From Utricularia gibba (lineage: Eukaryota > Plantae > Magnoliophyta), in assembly GCA_002189035.1 (NCBI GenBank), contig NEEC01000009.1:2728001-2792000 (forward strand): 64,000 nt of DNA, read 5' to 3'. Shown one piece after another: positions 15,170 to 27,665 of this stretch. The translations under genes were made by a program, and so were the position numbers. Below the pieces are notes generated by a model. The model saw nothing but the letters and a program-made list of their open reading frames with translations. It made no database searches and had not been told where the DNA came from. Each line of letters begins with the position of its first letter. Positions within the stretch are counted from its first letter, which is position 1.

Positions 15170-16732
15170 ATGATTACTGTAAAGCGGAAACCTCTCCAGT
15201 TTTACAATATCTTCTCTATTTCGCCGCCATGGATGAGTAGGTGTTTAGCTTCGATTTTCCACCTCGAATCCGAAATTTCGACCTCTTCTCAGCAGGACGG
15301 TGATGTGGAAAGGGTCTTCCACCTAATCACGCTCTCAAGAGATCCACAATCTCTCAAGCGTTCACTGAAATCGTCCCAAATTTTGTTATCCAGTGAGTTG
15401 GTAGACGGAGTCCTGAAGCGATTGCGCTTTTCCCACTCAGACCCACTGGCTGCGCTGGAGTTCTACAAGGTAGCCTCGATGAAAAAGAGTTCTTTTCAAA
15501 CCCCTTATGCTCTGGACACCATGCTCTATATTCTCGGTAGAACCCGCAGATTTGATGAAATGTGGGAGCTTTTGCTTGAAACTAGGAGGAAGGATGAATC
15601 CTTGATAACCCCGAGAACCATACAGGTCGTTTTGGCTAGAATTGCTAAGGTTTCCTCTGTTCAGCGAACCGTTGTATCGTTCAAGAAGTTTAGAAGACTA
15701 GTTCCTGTGTTTGATGTTTCTTGCTATAATGCGTTGTTGAGAACTTTGTGTCAGGAGAAGAGTATGAATGATGCTAGGAACATTTACCATAGTTTAAAGC
15801 ATGAGTTCAGACCAAATCAGCAGACTTTTAATATCTTGTTGTCCGGGTGGAAATCTGCCGAGGATGCAGAGGCATTTTTTGCCGAAATGAAGGAAATGGG
15901 GGTTGACCCAGATATCGTATCTTACAATACTTTAGTGGAAGTTTACTGCAAAGGAAGAGAGATGAAAAAAGCTTATGAAGTGATAGACAAAATGAGGGAT
16001 ACGGGGATGGATTTGGATGTGATCACATATACATCGCTGATTGGAGGATGGGGGTTGGTCGGGCAGCCTGATAAAGCAAAAGAAATTCTGAAGGAGATGA
16101 GGGAATATGGGTGTTACCCTGACGCTGCAGCATACAATGCTGCAATTCGGAACTTTTGCATCGCCAAGAGGATGGGAGATGCTTATTCTCTGATGGAAGA
16201 AATGGCTAGGAATGGGTTGAGCGCCAATGCTACAACTTATAATGTAATACTTCGTTCATTGTACTGGGCTAATGACTTAAAGAGCTCATGGAACTTGTAT
16301 CAAACCATGAGGAAAGCAAGATGCTTGCCAAACACCCAATCATGTATGTTCTTGATCCGAATGATGAGGAGGCAGGAGAAGGTTGATATGGCACTTGAGC
16401 TGTGGAATGATATGATGTATCATGGATTCGGATCCTGCACATTGGTTTCCGATGTGTTATTTGGTTTGCTGTGTGATCTAGGGAAGATTGAGGATGCTGA
16501 GAGGTGCTTCTTGCAAATGTTGGAGAAAGCACAGATACCTAGTCAAGTTGCATTCAGAAGGATCAAGGTTTTGATGGAGCTAGCAGGTAGAAATGAGGCT
16601 CTGTCGAAACTATCAAAGAAAATGTCTGCTCTTATGCCCGGCACCCGGACCAGCCGGACTGATCTTGATGAACCGGAAAGGCCTGTTTCTGATTTCATTA
16701 TGGAGGGGAAATGGAACTCTTGTGACAATTAA
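15170..16732 (+). CDS. P-class pentatricopeptide repeat protein (At1g02420-like), intronless
   Basis: 520-aa ORF with tandem 35-aa PPR motifs (PNQQTFNILLSGW, PDIVSYNTLVEVYCK, DVITYTSLIGGW, PDAAAYNAAIRNFC, NATTYNVIL). Confidence 0.95.
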   Translation: MITVKRKPLQFYNIFSISPPWMSRCLASIFHLESEISTSSQQDGDVERVFHLITLSRDPQSLKRSLKSSQILLSSELVDGVLKRLRFSHSDPLAALEFYKVASMKKSSFQTPYALDTMLYILGRTRRFDEMWELLLETRRKDESLITPRTIQVVLARIAKVSSVQRTVVSFKKFRRLVPVFDVSCYNALLRTLCQEKSMNDARNIYHSLKHEFRPNQQTFNILLSGWKSAEDAEAFFAEMKEMGVDPDIVSYNTLVEVYCKGREMKKAYEVIDKMRDTGMDLDVITYTSLIGGWGLVGQPDKAKEILKEMREYGCYPDAAAYNAAIRNFCIAKRMGDAYSLMEEMARNGLSANATTYNVILRSLYWANDLKSSWNLYQTMRKARCLPNTQSCMFLIRMMRRQEKVDMALELWNDMMYHGFGSCTLVSDVLFGLLCDLGKIEDAERCFLQMLEKAQIPSQVAFRRIKVLMELAGRNEALSKLSKKMSALMPGTRTSRTDLDEPERPVSDFIMEGKWNSCDN

Positions 16733-16838
16733 GACACCCCTCGTTTTTTTCTTTGAAAGGATTGTTGTCATACATAGAAGGCCAATACAAATCCATCTCC
16801 GCAACGACTTAGTTCAGTTTACAAGTTCAAAACAATCT

Positions 16839-19458
16839 TCAACTCTGCTTCCTTGGCTCAGTGGTTAGACCGAAGCCAAAGGCAAAGAGGGGATCATAGT
16901 GAGGATCTCCGACGTTCATTGGAAGTTGGTCCACTGATCGGAACCATGTTCTAGCCAGCTTTCCGGTAAAGCCATGATCCCCGAATAGAGCGTCAGTAAC
17001 ACCCTGCCCTTCTGTTCCCGGAAGCCAAGCTGCCACCAGCGCATCTATTTGATCAACATATGGCTGCATCACCACAGGCCGGCCAGAAACCACAACCACT
17101 GCACATGGAACGGCGCCGCAAACCGTTGTGATGATGCTGGGACCAGGCCCAGCCAAAGTCAAGTTGGTGCTGTCTCCGTACATTTCTGCATATGGGACCT
17201 CACCCACCACAACAATGGCGTAGGAGAATCCATTCGTCTTGACGAAGTTCTGGTCCGGGTTCTCATTGTATATGACCTGAGTTGAGGGGTCTACTGCTGT
17301 TTTGACTGCGCTTAAGATGGTTGTTCCTACAAATGAGCTTTCACGTTAATATCATGTTTAAAAACCCAAGTGCGCTCATTCCCTTCTCAAAAGCTACAAC
17401 TTACCAACAGTAAGATCATTCCCTACAACACCCTGCCACTCGATGGTCCATCCCCCACATTGGTATCCAAGATTATCAGCATGTGTTCCAGCAACTAGAA
17501 TCTTGGGAGCTTTCTTTGGCAGGGGAAGCAACGGGTGATTCGGATTCTTCCCGTTTTTCAGTAAAACGAGTGATTTTCTTACAGCTTCTCTAGCCAAATT
17601 TCTATGTTCCTGTCAAGAAAAGAACCATTTTTAGTTCATAGCTACCGGCAGAAACTTAGACATGAAGTGGCAGATGAATAACCTGGCTACCGAGTTGATT
17701 TACAAGACTTAAATCTGCAATGGGGTTCTCAAAAAGTCCATGACAAACTTCACCCTCAAAATCCTCTTAACAGCATCATCTATTCTACTCATGGGAATGA
17801 TGTTCCTCTTCACTTGGGATGTCAGTTCATCTATGAATTCTTTGAAGTTCTCTGGGACCATAATCTGCACGAGTTGAGCCAAAAGTCATGAAAAGATGGT
17901 TGGTTACTTTGATTGAACACAAGTCAACGGCTACCCGCATTAGAGAATGATGTAATTCAAGAACTAACCATGTCAATTCCAGCAAGAACTCCCGCTTGCA
18001 CTGAATACGAGTAGTTCACATGGGGTGGATTTGTGATCCTATCAATGCCTTGCCAATCCGAAATGACGAAGCCCTGAAAACCATGAAGTAAGTCATTCGA
18101 TTCAACAGTCTCTGTTCTGAACAGGATAACAAAATGAATTCAGTGAATCACTCCTAAGCAAGGACACTAGTTTCATCTTCAACTACAGATCTATCTGTTT
18201 TTTTATGAGTCAAAAAAAGATGCCTTACCCTGAACCTCAGCTTGTTTTTGAGGAACCCCGTGACAAGATTTTGGTTAGCATGCATTTTTAGGCCATTCCA
18301 GCTGGAATACGACACCATAACCGTAGCAACGCCCTTGCTAATCGCGTCAAAATATGCAGGCATATGGATGTTCAGCAATCCTTTGAAGTCGATCACCGTG
18401 TTGTTCTCATCAACTCCTCGGACTGTACCTCCATCTCCCACAAAATGTTTTGCACAAGCCGCCACTCTTGTTCTTGTTAAACCAGAAATGCTGTGTCAAT
18501 AACTAAAAGCAAGTACAAAAGTCCCATGAATCAGATATCAAATTGACTCATACTTTCCAGAAACAAAGGGGACACCCTTGGGTGAGTTAGCAGGGAGATC
18601 ACCCTGTAAACCAGGAATGATCTCTGTCATTTGTTGCACTATACTATGATCTTCGCTGTAGCTCTCATAGCAACGACCCCATCTTGGATCACGGCAAACC
18701 TTTTACAAACAAGAAGCAGAAGCATGAAAAACGTAAATAAGGCTGCAAATCTTGAAAATTAAACAAGTTATCTTACCGCAATGCATGGAGCAAAGGCGTA
18801 AGGAATTCCAGTGGCCCTAACTTCTAAAGCAGTAGCAGCTCCAATTCTTCTTAGAAGTTCAGGATCCCTGCATACGAACCATCATCAAAGCCGGTCCTAG
18901 TTAACCCTGTAAGAAATGGTATCGTGCCAGGAACAATCAGCATACCTGGTAACACCAAGTCCAACATTGTGTGGAAAGATTGTTGCCTTGTACACATTGT
19001 TGTGGCCATGAACCGCATCAATGCCGTAAATCATGGGAATCCCAAGCCTCGTCGAAAGAGAACCCCTTTGAAGGTCATTCACCATATTCACCCAAGCCTC
19101 AGCAGACGCTTTAGGAGCAGGAACGCTACCTCCTCCACTCAACACGCTCCCTGGCACCAAAAAGAAATAACATTAGCCATACGATAATCAACCGTCATCG
19201 CTTCAAAACACAACAAAGGAAACAAGAAAGAAAAAGGCGGACCAATGAAATAGTTTTTCATAACATCAGGAGTAGCTATGTTCCTCTCAATCTGTGTCAT
19301 CTGCCCAATTTTTTCTTCAATACTCATTCTATCCATCAAATCTTTGATTCTGACATTCAACGGCTGTCTGGGGTCTTTGTATTTCAAGTACTCCCTTCAA
19401 CAAAGCCAGCCCACAAACACAAAACCACCACCAAAAACACAGATCTCAACCACCCCAT
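16839..19458 (-). CDS. Glycoside hydrolase family 3 beta-glucosidase / beta-D-glucan exohydrolase, secreted, 9 exons; apparent -1 frameshift after signal peptide
   Basis: Signal peptide [19 protein letters not shown]; [19 protein letters not shown]; GSVLSGGGS; [13 protein letters not shown]; [12 protein letters not shown]; ISDWQG nucleophile motif; GEVPYAE; [12 protein letters not shown]; PLFAFGFGL. Confidence 0.95.
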
Positions 19459-20680
19459 CTTCAGATCCGTCCACATTGTCCCTCCAATCCAAAACCCTGC
19501 ACAAAAAAACCCCAATAATAATTTTAAAAAAAACCCACACTTGGCTCCCCAAACCTCAGTTGCGCACAAAAAAGAAAGCAAAACTTCACCAGTTGAGAGA
19601 ACAAAATCCTGAATGAGCAAAGAGCGTCGGGTTCTGGGAGGTGAATGCCTCTTTCTCCGACTGCGTGGGTGGGGAGGGAGGGATGGTGGTACCGTGAGCA
19701 GCGGGTGAACGGTTAAGCCTTAAGTACACCACATCACCAGACAGGGAGAGATGACACCATCTTCTCGGGTTTGGGACCCATAACGCAACGGATAGATTTG
19801 TATTAATTTAATTGTATTATCCTAATTTTCAAATTTCAAATCCCTTGCGTCTTGCATTTTATTATTTTATTAACCAAATAAAGCATATGCATAGTAAAAG
19901 GGACCAATGAAAAAATTCCATATTTTTTTAAATTTCGGGTTAATTTCAAAATTATTTTATTTTAAAATTTATCTCGATAAAGTTAAAAATAGTGTAATTT
20001 TATTTAAAAATATTATTTAAATGTAATTAAATACTATCTTATATTTAAGTATTTAGCTACCAAATATACCCTTGGTGATTTGTGTAAGATCTTGACATTT
20101 TACATTTTCATTGTATTTCTTGTTCAATTGAAAGTTTCATTAAATCAGTTTTTTTATATAATTTACGAAAATAAGAAGAAAAAAATAAGCATTTTAATTA
20201 AATTATGGGGAAATTGTTAATATATTATCCATTTGACCTGTTCCGTTAAGTTTGACGGATTCCGTCAGGGAACATAGACTTGTCTGAATCAATCAAATCA
20301 ACCCCAAATTAATGAAGGACGAGGGGCAGAACGAAATTCAAATGCACCTATTCTCAACCAAAATGCAAATAATAGAACTACAGGGTAAATAATGGGAATA
20401 ATGAAAATAAATAAGTGAAAGAACGAGGGGCAGAATAAAATATTCTTAAAGAGAACGAAGAATTTCCCGCGGATTCCCGGCCTGGGAAGAATACCAATCC
20501 CAAGTTCTGTTTCTGAAGGAAACATTCTCATCATTTGCTTCTTCTTCAAACTTCCTTAATGCACTTCTATCACTTTTCCTGTTCCGATGATCCCAAAGAA
20601 AAGCATCATTCGCCTTCATATATCCCTCTGATTCGTTCCCAACTTCAGCACTAGCAATCTCTGCCAGCATTTGTCCAATC

Positions 20681-23212
20681 ATGGAGTTCAATGGAGAAGC
20701 CCCTTTAACGCCTTCAAAGTACTCCAAAAGGGTTGTCGTGAAAACTATTCTAGATTCTGAAAATGGAGGCTTGGGTTTGATTGGAAAGAGGGTCGTTGTA
20801 GGTGGATGGGTGAAGTCATCTCGGGAATTCAGGAAGGAGGTCGGGCCGGTGGCTCCTCCGGTTGCCGGAGAGTTAAAAGATGGAGTGAAGAAGGATATTC
20901 AGAATACGTTGCATTTTTTTAAGTCGCTTATGAGAGCATTGGGTGGGGATCAGCGAGTGTGGGAGAAGAAACTCGATCCGATTCCACCAAAAGTTTCCCT
21001 GCCACAGCCGTCGGTTTCGATTTTGCATATTAGCGATGGATCTGGGGTGTCAACTTTGCAGGTTTAGTAGAACAATTTCACTTCAATAGCTGCGATTTTA
21101 CATATTGCTACCGTTTTTGGAGTTGGGATTTATCCAAGTCTATGTTTTTTTTGTCTAAATGGTAGAATGTAGGAGTTTTCCTGGTCAGGATGTTTATGTG
21201 CAGATGATGCTCCCTGATATCATGTCCTATCGAATTTTGTGTGTTTATTTGTTAAACAAAAGTGGTGAATTCTCCTTTTGTGTGATGGTGGATCCATCAG
21301 GTTATTGTGGATTCAACATTGGCTTCTCCAGTTCAAGTAATGCCTACGGGCACATCCATATTAGTCGAGGGCGTACTACAAAAACCATCTCTACAGGGTA
21401 AAGAAACCATTGAAGTTAAAGCAGAGAGCATTCTTCATCTTGGCACAGCTGATCAGGAAAGGTATCCATTGTCAAGGAAGCGTTTACCACTGGAATCGTT
21501 GAGGGATTTCACTTATTTCCGAGCACGAACCACCACGGTGAATGATCCATTTCATTTTTTTCTGATGAGGGCCTGTTAGTTACCATTTTGCAAAATGGAG
21601 AGGAGTCTTTGTTTCTTGGCAGGTAGCATCCGTGATGAGGATGAGAAGTGCACTAACACATCCTACTCACGCATTCTTCAGAGAAAACGGATTCCTTCAT
21701 GTTCAAATACCTATAATCACTGGCGTTGATTGTGAAGGATTTGGAGACATTTTCCAAGTGACTAGCCTTCTTGGTAAGGAGAGAGTTGAACGTAAAGGAA
21801 AAGGGATTGATCTTGGAAGAGTGAAGGCTGCTATCCAAGAAAAGGGAAGGAAAATCAACGAACTAAAGAGAAACGAGAGCAACAGGGAAGCTCTAGCTGC
21901 TGCAGTTCAGGACCTTAGAAAAACAAATGATCTTGCATCATTGATGGAAGCTGAAGACAGGAAACATTCTGAAAACTCTTATACTAATGAAAGAGATGTT
22001 GATTTCTCCCAAGATTTCTTTTCTTGCAGGGCATTTCTATCTGTTTCTGGTATGCTGCATCTGGGGAGTTATGCATCTGCTTTCGGAAACGTATACTCTT
22101 TCGGTCCGAGATTCCGGCGCAACAAATCGGATTCAAAGAAACTGTTGGCTGAGATGTGGATGGCAGAGCTTGTGATGGCTTTCTCAGAACTAGAGGTTCT
22201 CCATGCTTCCTAATTGTTGCCTCTGTTCTTTTCCTCTGCAAAATATTAAGGCCATATGATCTCTATGCTTACTGTTTGTTTCAACCTTTTTGATGCAACA
22301 ACAGGACTCCATGGAATGCGCACAGGACTTCCTGAAGTTCATCTGCAAATGGACTCTAGAGAACTGCAAAGAAGATCTAAAGTTTCTATCTAAGCGTGTT
22401 GATAATCAAATCGTGGCTCGTCTTCAAATGATCATAAACGTTCCATTTGAAAAGGTTTCATACACAGAAGCAGTTGAGGCTCTGAAAAAGGTTCTACTTC
22501 ATCCTTCTCTCCCAGAAATTGACAAAAGAAAATGCTCTGCATACACCTGATTTTGTTCTACTTGAGTTCAGCATCTCACTGAAAGAGGGAATGAACCGCA
22601 GTTTGAATGGGGTAATCTTTTGAGGGAAGAACATGAAAGGTAACAGAAGAATAAAGCCATAGATGCATCATTCCTTCACTTACAACCCCTTCTCTAATGG
22701 CAGGTACATCGCAGATGAGATATACAAGAAGCCAGTCATCGTCTACAACTATCCAAAAGGGGTGAAGCCATTCTATGTTGCTTTGAACGAAGATGGCAAA
22801 ACAGCTGCAGCATTTGATATGATCATTCCAAAGGTAAAGTTTTTCATGGAACATCATTCATTTTTCAACTGGAAAACTGTAACTCTTCCTCATATACTCA
22901 GGTTGGAACTCTGATAAGAGGAAGCCGACTTGAAGAGCGGTTCGATGTGTTGAGTACGAGGTACAAATTTCTAAGACCAGTGAGACCAAAAAAAAAGCAA
23001 GTTATGTAGGTCACAGTTGCTCTTGCAGGATTAGGGAATCAGGACTTGAAAGGCAGCAGTACGAATGGTATCTTGATCTTCATAGACATGGAGCTGTTAA
23101 ATCTTCTGGATTCAGCTTCTCATTCGATGCGTTCGTCCTATATGCTACGGGACTCAATGATCTTAGAGATGCAGTCCCATTTCCCAGAAGCTTGGGAAAA
23201 CTGAACAACTGA
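20681..23212 (+). CDS. SYNC2: Asparagine--tRNA ligase, cytoplasmic 2-like (divergent class IIb aaRS), 8 exons
   Basis: SKYSKRVVVKTIL...VVGGWVKS OB-fold; YPLSRKRLPLESLRDF..FRARTT|VASVMRMRS; YNYPKGVKPFY; AFDMIIPK|VGTLIRGS; C-term DLRDAVPFPRSLGKLNN*. Confidence 0.88.
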
Positions 23213-23352
23213 GCTAGAAGAAAAACAATGAGATTTACATATGTTGCTCTCGTTCAACTTATTGAACTATGTAGATAACAGTCCCCAGAAGGGGGGGCTG
23301 TGTGTACAGTGAAAGCTAAACCATATAATCAAACAGTAGTTCTTCAGTGCTG

Positions 23353-24126
23353 CTAAGCAGTAATCAAATTGTAGTGCTTCACAGAGTTGAAACTGGAGTT
23401 CTGCTTATCAACAGGGAAGTAAAATGGATAGAGTTCATATCTAACATAGCAGCTGCCATACAGAACTCTGCATCCTCTCTTGTTGTTGCAAACTGTTGGA
23501 AAGTTGCTCACCGCAGTCGACACACACTGAGCGCAGCTCAATGCCGACAAATCCCGGGTGCATTGCGCCAAAGCATACAGCACAATGAAGGGTGAAAGAT
23601 CAGTCTTCCCCTTTCCAAGTCCCTTGCTTGCAGGCTTCACAGCCTGAGAGCTAACTTGCCTTATCAGAGCACCAAGTTTTCTGTTGAAGGTATCCGGGTC
23701 GGTGACATCCGCAACGTTGTACAAGTAGAGCCCAGTTGTGTCGACTTGTCCGAAGAAATCCATATTGCTGTACCTCAAGAAGCAGAAATCATACCATACT
23801 CTTGCATCAGCCTGGTTTGCACACTGCCTGCTTGCATTCCTCGCCGCGTCGTTGATGCAAGAGGAGCACGTCTCCGCATCGACATCGCCCCTGCATTGAG
23901 CAAGGCCATAGATTCGGTCTCCACCGGTGCCTTCCGAAGTTGCAATGTAGCCATTCTGGATAGTTCCCGAGACCAATCTTGGTAACAGGATTTCAATATT
24001 TCTTGACGCTTGGCCACCAACTGGTGTACCGCAGGTGCGATAGACAGGATCAGATGACTGCGCCAAGCAACATTTGAAAGACAGCAAGGGAAGAAGAAGA
24101 AGAAGGAGAAAAGGTGGCAACTTCAT
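23353..24126 (-). CDS. CRRSP55: Cysteine-rich repeat secretory protein with two DUF26/Gnk2 domains (CRRSP55-like), intronless
   Basis: Signal peptide MKLPPFLLLLLL; two C-X8-C-X2-C motifs (QCRGDVDAETCSSC, QCTRDLSALSCAQC); WYDFCFLRY, YGSCYVRYELYPF; no TM or kinase domain. Confidence 0.9.
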   Translation of the reverse strand: MKLPPFLLLLLLPLLSFKCCLAQSSDPVYRTCGTPVGGQASRNIEILLPRLVSGTIQNGYIATSEGTGGDRIYGLAQCRGDVDAETCSSCINDAARNASRQCANQADARVWYDFCFLRYSNMDFFGQVDTTGLYLYNVADVTDPDTFNRKLGALIRQVSSQAVKPASKGLGKGKTDLSPFIVLYALAQCTRDLSALSCAQCVSTAVSNFPTVCNNKRGCRVLYGSCYVRYELYPFYFPVDKQNSSFNSVKHYNLITA

Positions 24127-25364
24127 GGTTGAAGATGAGTGAACGATCCCATGAAGCAACAAGCAAACTTATAGAACCGTTGTTTCACTTGCAGCAGCAA
24201 TTGTTGACCAGAAAATGGATACTTTTCAAACTTCAACGTAGATTATGGAGCACGACAGACATTAATGCGTTTGAACACCAAGTTTTGCTGACTTGGTGGG
24301 ATGTTACCAGAATGGCACCACGAAGAAGTCTGTAATGGGCATCCATGATGTTTATCATCCACAAGAAGAACCCAAAATAGAGATTCTTCCAAGACAATGA
24401 CCCAAATATTCAAAATACAGACTGAGTAACAGACAAATGGAGCACTCTCACAGTTGTCGACACGTTGAAGGCAGCTCCAACCCCACTTAACTTAAACGGC
24501 CAATGGCTTCCCATATAGAGCTTTTCAAGTCAAAACGATGATTGGGTCGACACCCGCAAGCAATGGACATCTTTCCCTAGTTGTCCTAATCCAACGTCTA
24601 GAACAAGTCAAAGAGTTTCCTTTCTTTTTCTCTTGGAGAAAATATTAATTTGATTAGATATTGAAAAAATCACGAAAATTTCATAATATCCTCAAATTAT
24701 TTAAGTGCTATAATATTTTATTTTTCTTACCTCATAATTTTCTTATTAGTGCAATGAATTTTTAAATAACATTATAATGGAATGTAAAATACATATTTTT
24801 TGAACAGTAACAAAGTTTAGCAATAATCGGTTTCATATTTAGATTAATCATTTTTCATCGTAAAATTGTGAAAAATGAATCCGTTTACGACTTCTTGGTT
24901 TAATTGTATAAATTTCTAAGAACAATCCAAACATTAATCCACAATCTCCTAAAAACATCGATTTTATGCTAAAAAAATAGTGAATTTTATTTTTTTTATT
25001 GGGAAAAAATATTAAAAAGATTACCAATTTGGTACCTTGAGTTCTTTTTATTACTATTTCAGCCGTATAACCGTGTTCACTGAAGCCCAGGTGACGGCAT
25101 GGCCCGATAGCTACACACTATTTACGAAGCGTATGATTAAAGATAAATAATGTAAATTCTAATAATTATAAACATATTACCAAATTTAATCATATGTAAA
25201 TAATAAATTAAAAAAATGAAAAATTAGTCGCTAAATTTTTTTCTTACGTGTAAAATCTAATATTTATTTTGGTGATCAAATAGATAATTGCAAAACTGAA
25301 TTAAAAAAAAAAGCAGGAAAATGAACTCGGAATAAGCTCGTATGGGAGGAGTACAAAAATTTAA

Positions 25365-26234
25365 CTAGAATTCAAATAAATAAGCTCCCAGGGTAACGGC
25401 GCAAACCCACGCCCATTTCGCCAAATTCTCGGTAGCACCACTCGGCGACGGCGGCGTAAGCAGACCCGAAGGCGACGGCGGAGTTGGAGAAGAACGAGGG
25501 GATGAAGGGGGAGAGGACGGCGGGGGCGTTATCGAGGACGGGGACGGGGACGGGGACGGGGACGTAGATGGAGATGGAGAAGAAGAAGGGGATGGAGAAG
25601 GAGAAGGGGGCGGCACCAGGGACGACGGGGACGGAGATGTAGAAGGAGAAGGTGAGCCGGAAGATGACACCAGATTCAATTCACCGACGGATGCGAAATT
25701 ATCTGGCGCAAAGGCATGTGGCTGCGGCACGCCGTTGAGGACCTGCCCAACCTGCCAGGCCTGATTAATCGTCTGAATGGGGGCAGGCAAAGACAAATTA
25801 GCTAAAATCGTAATCAGCCCGCCGGAGATTGTGGCCGCTCTGTTCAATACGTTGTAATCGATAGGCGAAGGGGAAGACAAATCGGGGGAAGTTGAGGAGA
25901 GATTGTGAGTATCCACCACCAAGGACCCATCCGCCTGAGTAAAGGCGAGCAAAGCCTGGGTTCCGACCATCCTGGCTGCCGTAGGGTTCAAACCCCACGC
26001 GACCCATCCTCCCGGCGCAGCCGGCGGCGCTGTGAACGCGATGGAAAGCCTTGGATTAGGGCTCGACGTGTAAGTCCAGCGGAGCGAAGCCCCGAGCGTC
26101 GGCAGATCCTCGCAGTTTTCGAAATTAGACCTGAATGCAGCAGATCTGCAAGTTTGCGCGAATACCGGAGACGCCATCAGAACGACGGCGGACATGACGA
26201 GGAGGCAGGCGACCGGTCGTCCGGCAATCGCCAT
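25365..26234 (-). CDS. AIR12: AIR12-like DOMON protein, GPI-anchored, long Ser/Pro stalk (tandem copy 1)
   Basis: Signal peptide, CEDLPTLGASLRWTY, GWVAWGLNP..RMVGTQAL (heme Met), NQAWQVG, PQPH (heme His), about 77-aa SP-rich stalk, hydrophobic C-term. No CYB561 domain. Confidence 0.85.
   Translation of the reverse strand: MAIAGRPVACLLVMSAVVLMASPVFAQTCRSAAFRSNFENCEDLPTLGASLRWTYTSSPNPRLSIAFTAPPAAPGGWVAWGLNPTAARMVGTQALLAFTQADGSLVVDTHNLSSTSPDLSSPSPIDYNVLNRAATISGGLITILANLSLPAPIQTINQAWQVGQVLNGVPQPHAFAPDNFASVGELNLVSSSGSPSPSTSPSPSSLVPPPSPSPSPSSSPSPSTSPSPSPSPSSITPPPSSPPSSPRSSPTPPSPSGLLTPPSPSGATENLAKWAWVCAVTLGAYLFEF
25490..25670 (-). repeat. Coding low-complexity (Ser-Pro)n repeat, GGGGAC/GGAGAA hexamer arrays
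   Basis: GACGGG repeated four times at about 25537-25563 plus GGAGAA/GGAGAT units; encodes SPSPSP. Confidence 0.8.
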
Positions 26235-27665
26235 GGGTTTCTTTATGGGATTGGGGGATGGCGCAGAGAGCCCAGTCACAGAGTTATATTTTATAGACCC
26301 CCAGGGGGCATGGACGGTGATAAAAGTCACAGGGACAAAACAGTAATTCGCCATTATTATACTTCATTGACCAAAGTAGTGATTTTTTGCCCAATTTTCC
26401 CACCATATTAATTTTTTTATACCACGTACAAATACTTAGGGTTATTTAATAAATAAATTATTGTGTCGGTTTAAAAAAAAATAATAAGGTATGGAACCTG
26501 CCCCGCTACGTGTCCATCCACCGCTAAAAGTAACTTTCGTATCATAAATGACTTTATGCGAAATAATAGTTAAAATAAAAAAACAAAAATAAAATGACTG
26601 CCCCGCGTAAGTCATTGTACGTACAACTCCCACAGCTGCATTCGATGACTTCTTCCTATTGTTGTTATGTTAGAATTCAGCAAGTTTTCTTTGATTTCAC
26701 ATTTCATGAGGCGTATTTATTATTTCCAAATCAATTCCCTGGGACCCGGTACGGAACACCTATGTATTTCAATTTTGTTGGGTTAGGTTTTTTTACTTAT
26801 ACTTTTTCAAAAGTTCATCCATTCTCGAAGTAATCATAATCAATAACATTTAACTTCAAAGTTATTACTCAAGAAAATTCAACACGATTCTAAAAGAAAA
26901 CATCTTATATAAAATTTATGTGATCATTAACTCATCTATAACCAATGTGAAATTCACACAAACCCATTCCAACACTTAGACATGGTCTTAGGACTAATGT
27001 TAGGCGAAACAGAGACGGACGGAATAGACCCAGTAACTTCTAGAAGGAAGTGGAGACTTCTAAAGTGTTGCCCGGTCATGACTCATGAGCACCATGTCCG
27101 AAGGGTAGGTGCTGTGCAATACAACAAGTCCACAAAAAAGCAAAAATATGGGCGGCTTTTTCCTCGGAAGGCAATGGGAAAATTTGACGTGTGTCACGAC
27201 TTTCTCAATTTATTTTTTTTCCACAAAAAATTAAAATAATCGTTAAAATTAGCGCACGGACAAGATTAGTTTGAGGGCCGCGGGCCCGCGCTCGCCCAAT
27301 TTGGCGCGTTTCAAGGCCAGCGGCGGCTTGTGGGTTGGTGGTGGAGAGAATTCGAACCACAGGTGGGAGTTCAATAAATTGATGGATATTATATAAAAAC
27401 CTTTTAATTATAAATGAATTATTAAATTTTAAGAGCTCCATTCATCAAAATTTGTTAATTAAATAACTTTTTTTGTTTTTTCATCTCAAGCTATTAAATG
27501 ATAGTATTTTAGATATGAAATACTTTTGATTATACTATATAGCATATGTTCAAATAATTGAAATATATTATTAATTAAACTATATTATTACACCACACAC
27601 AAAAAGCAACAGAAGCTTATTCACCAAGTACAGGAAAAAGGCGACACGTAACTAAGGACTTGTGT

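Noticed and set aside
20298-20727. Minus-strand ORFs of 83 and 93 aa upstream of SYNC2
   Set aside because: Antisense to the SYNC2 leader and first exon, with no recognisable domain.
25905-26411. 168-aa plus-strand ORF (also 27990-28382)
   Set aside because: Antisense shadows of the GC-rich AIR12 CDSs.
27348-27358. tRNA/SINE B-box-like GGTTCGAATTC on the minus strand
   Set aside because: No A box, and no T-stem or cloverleaf pairing.
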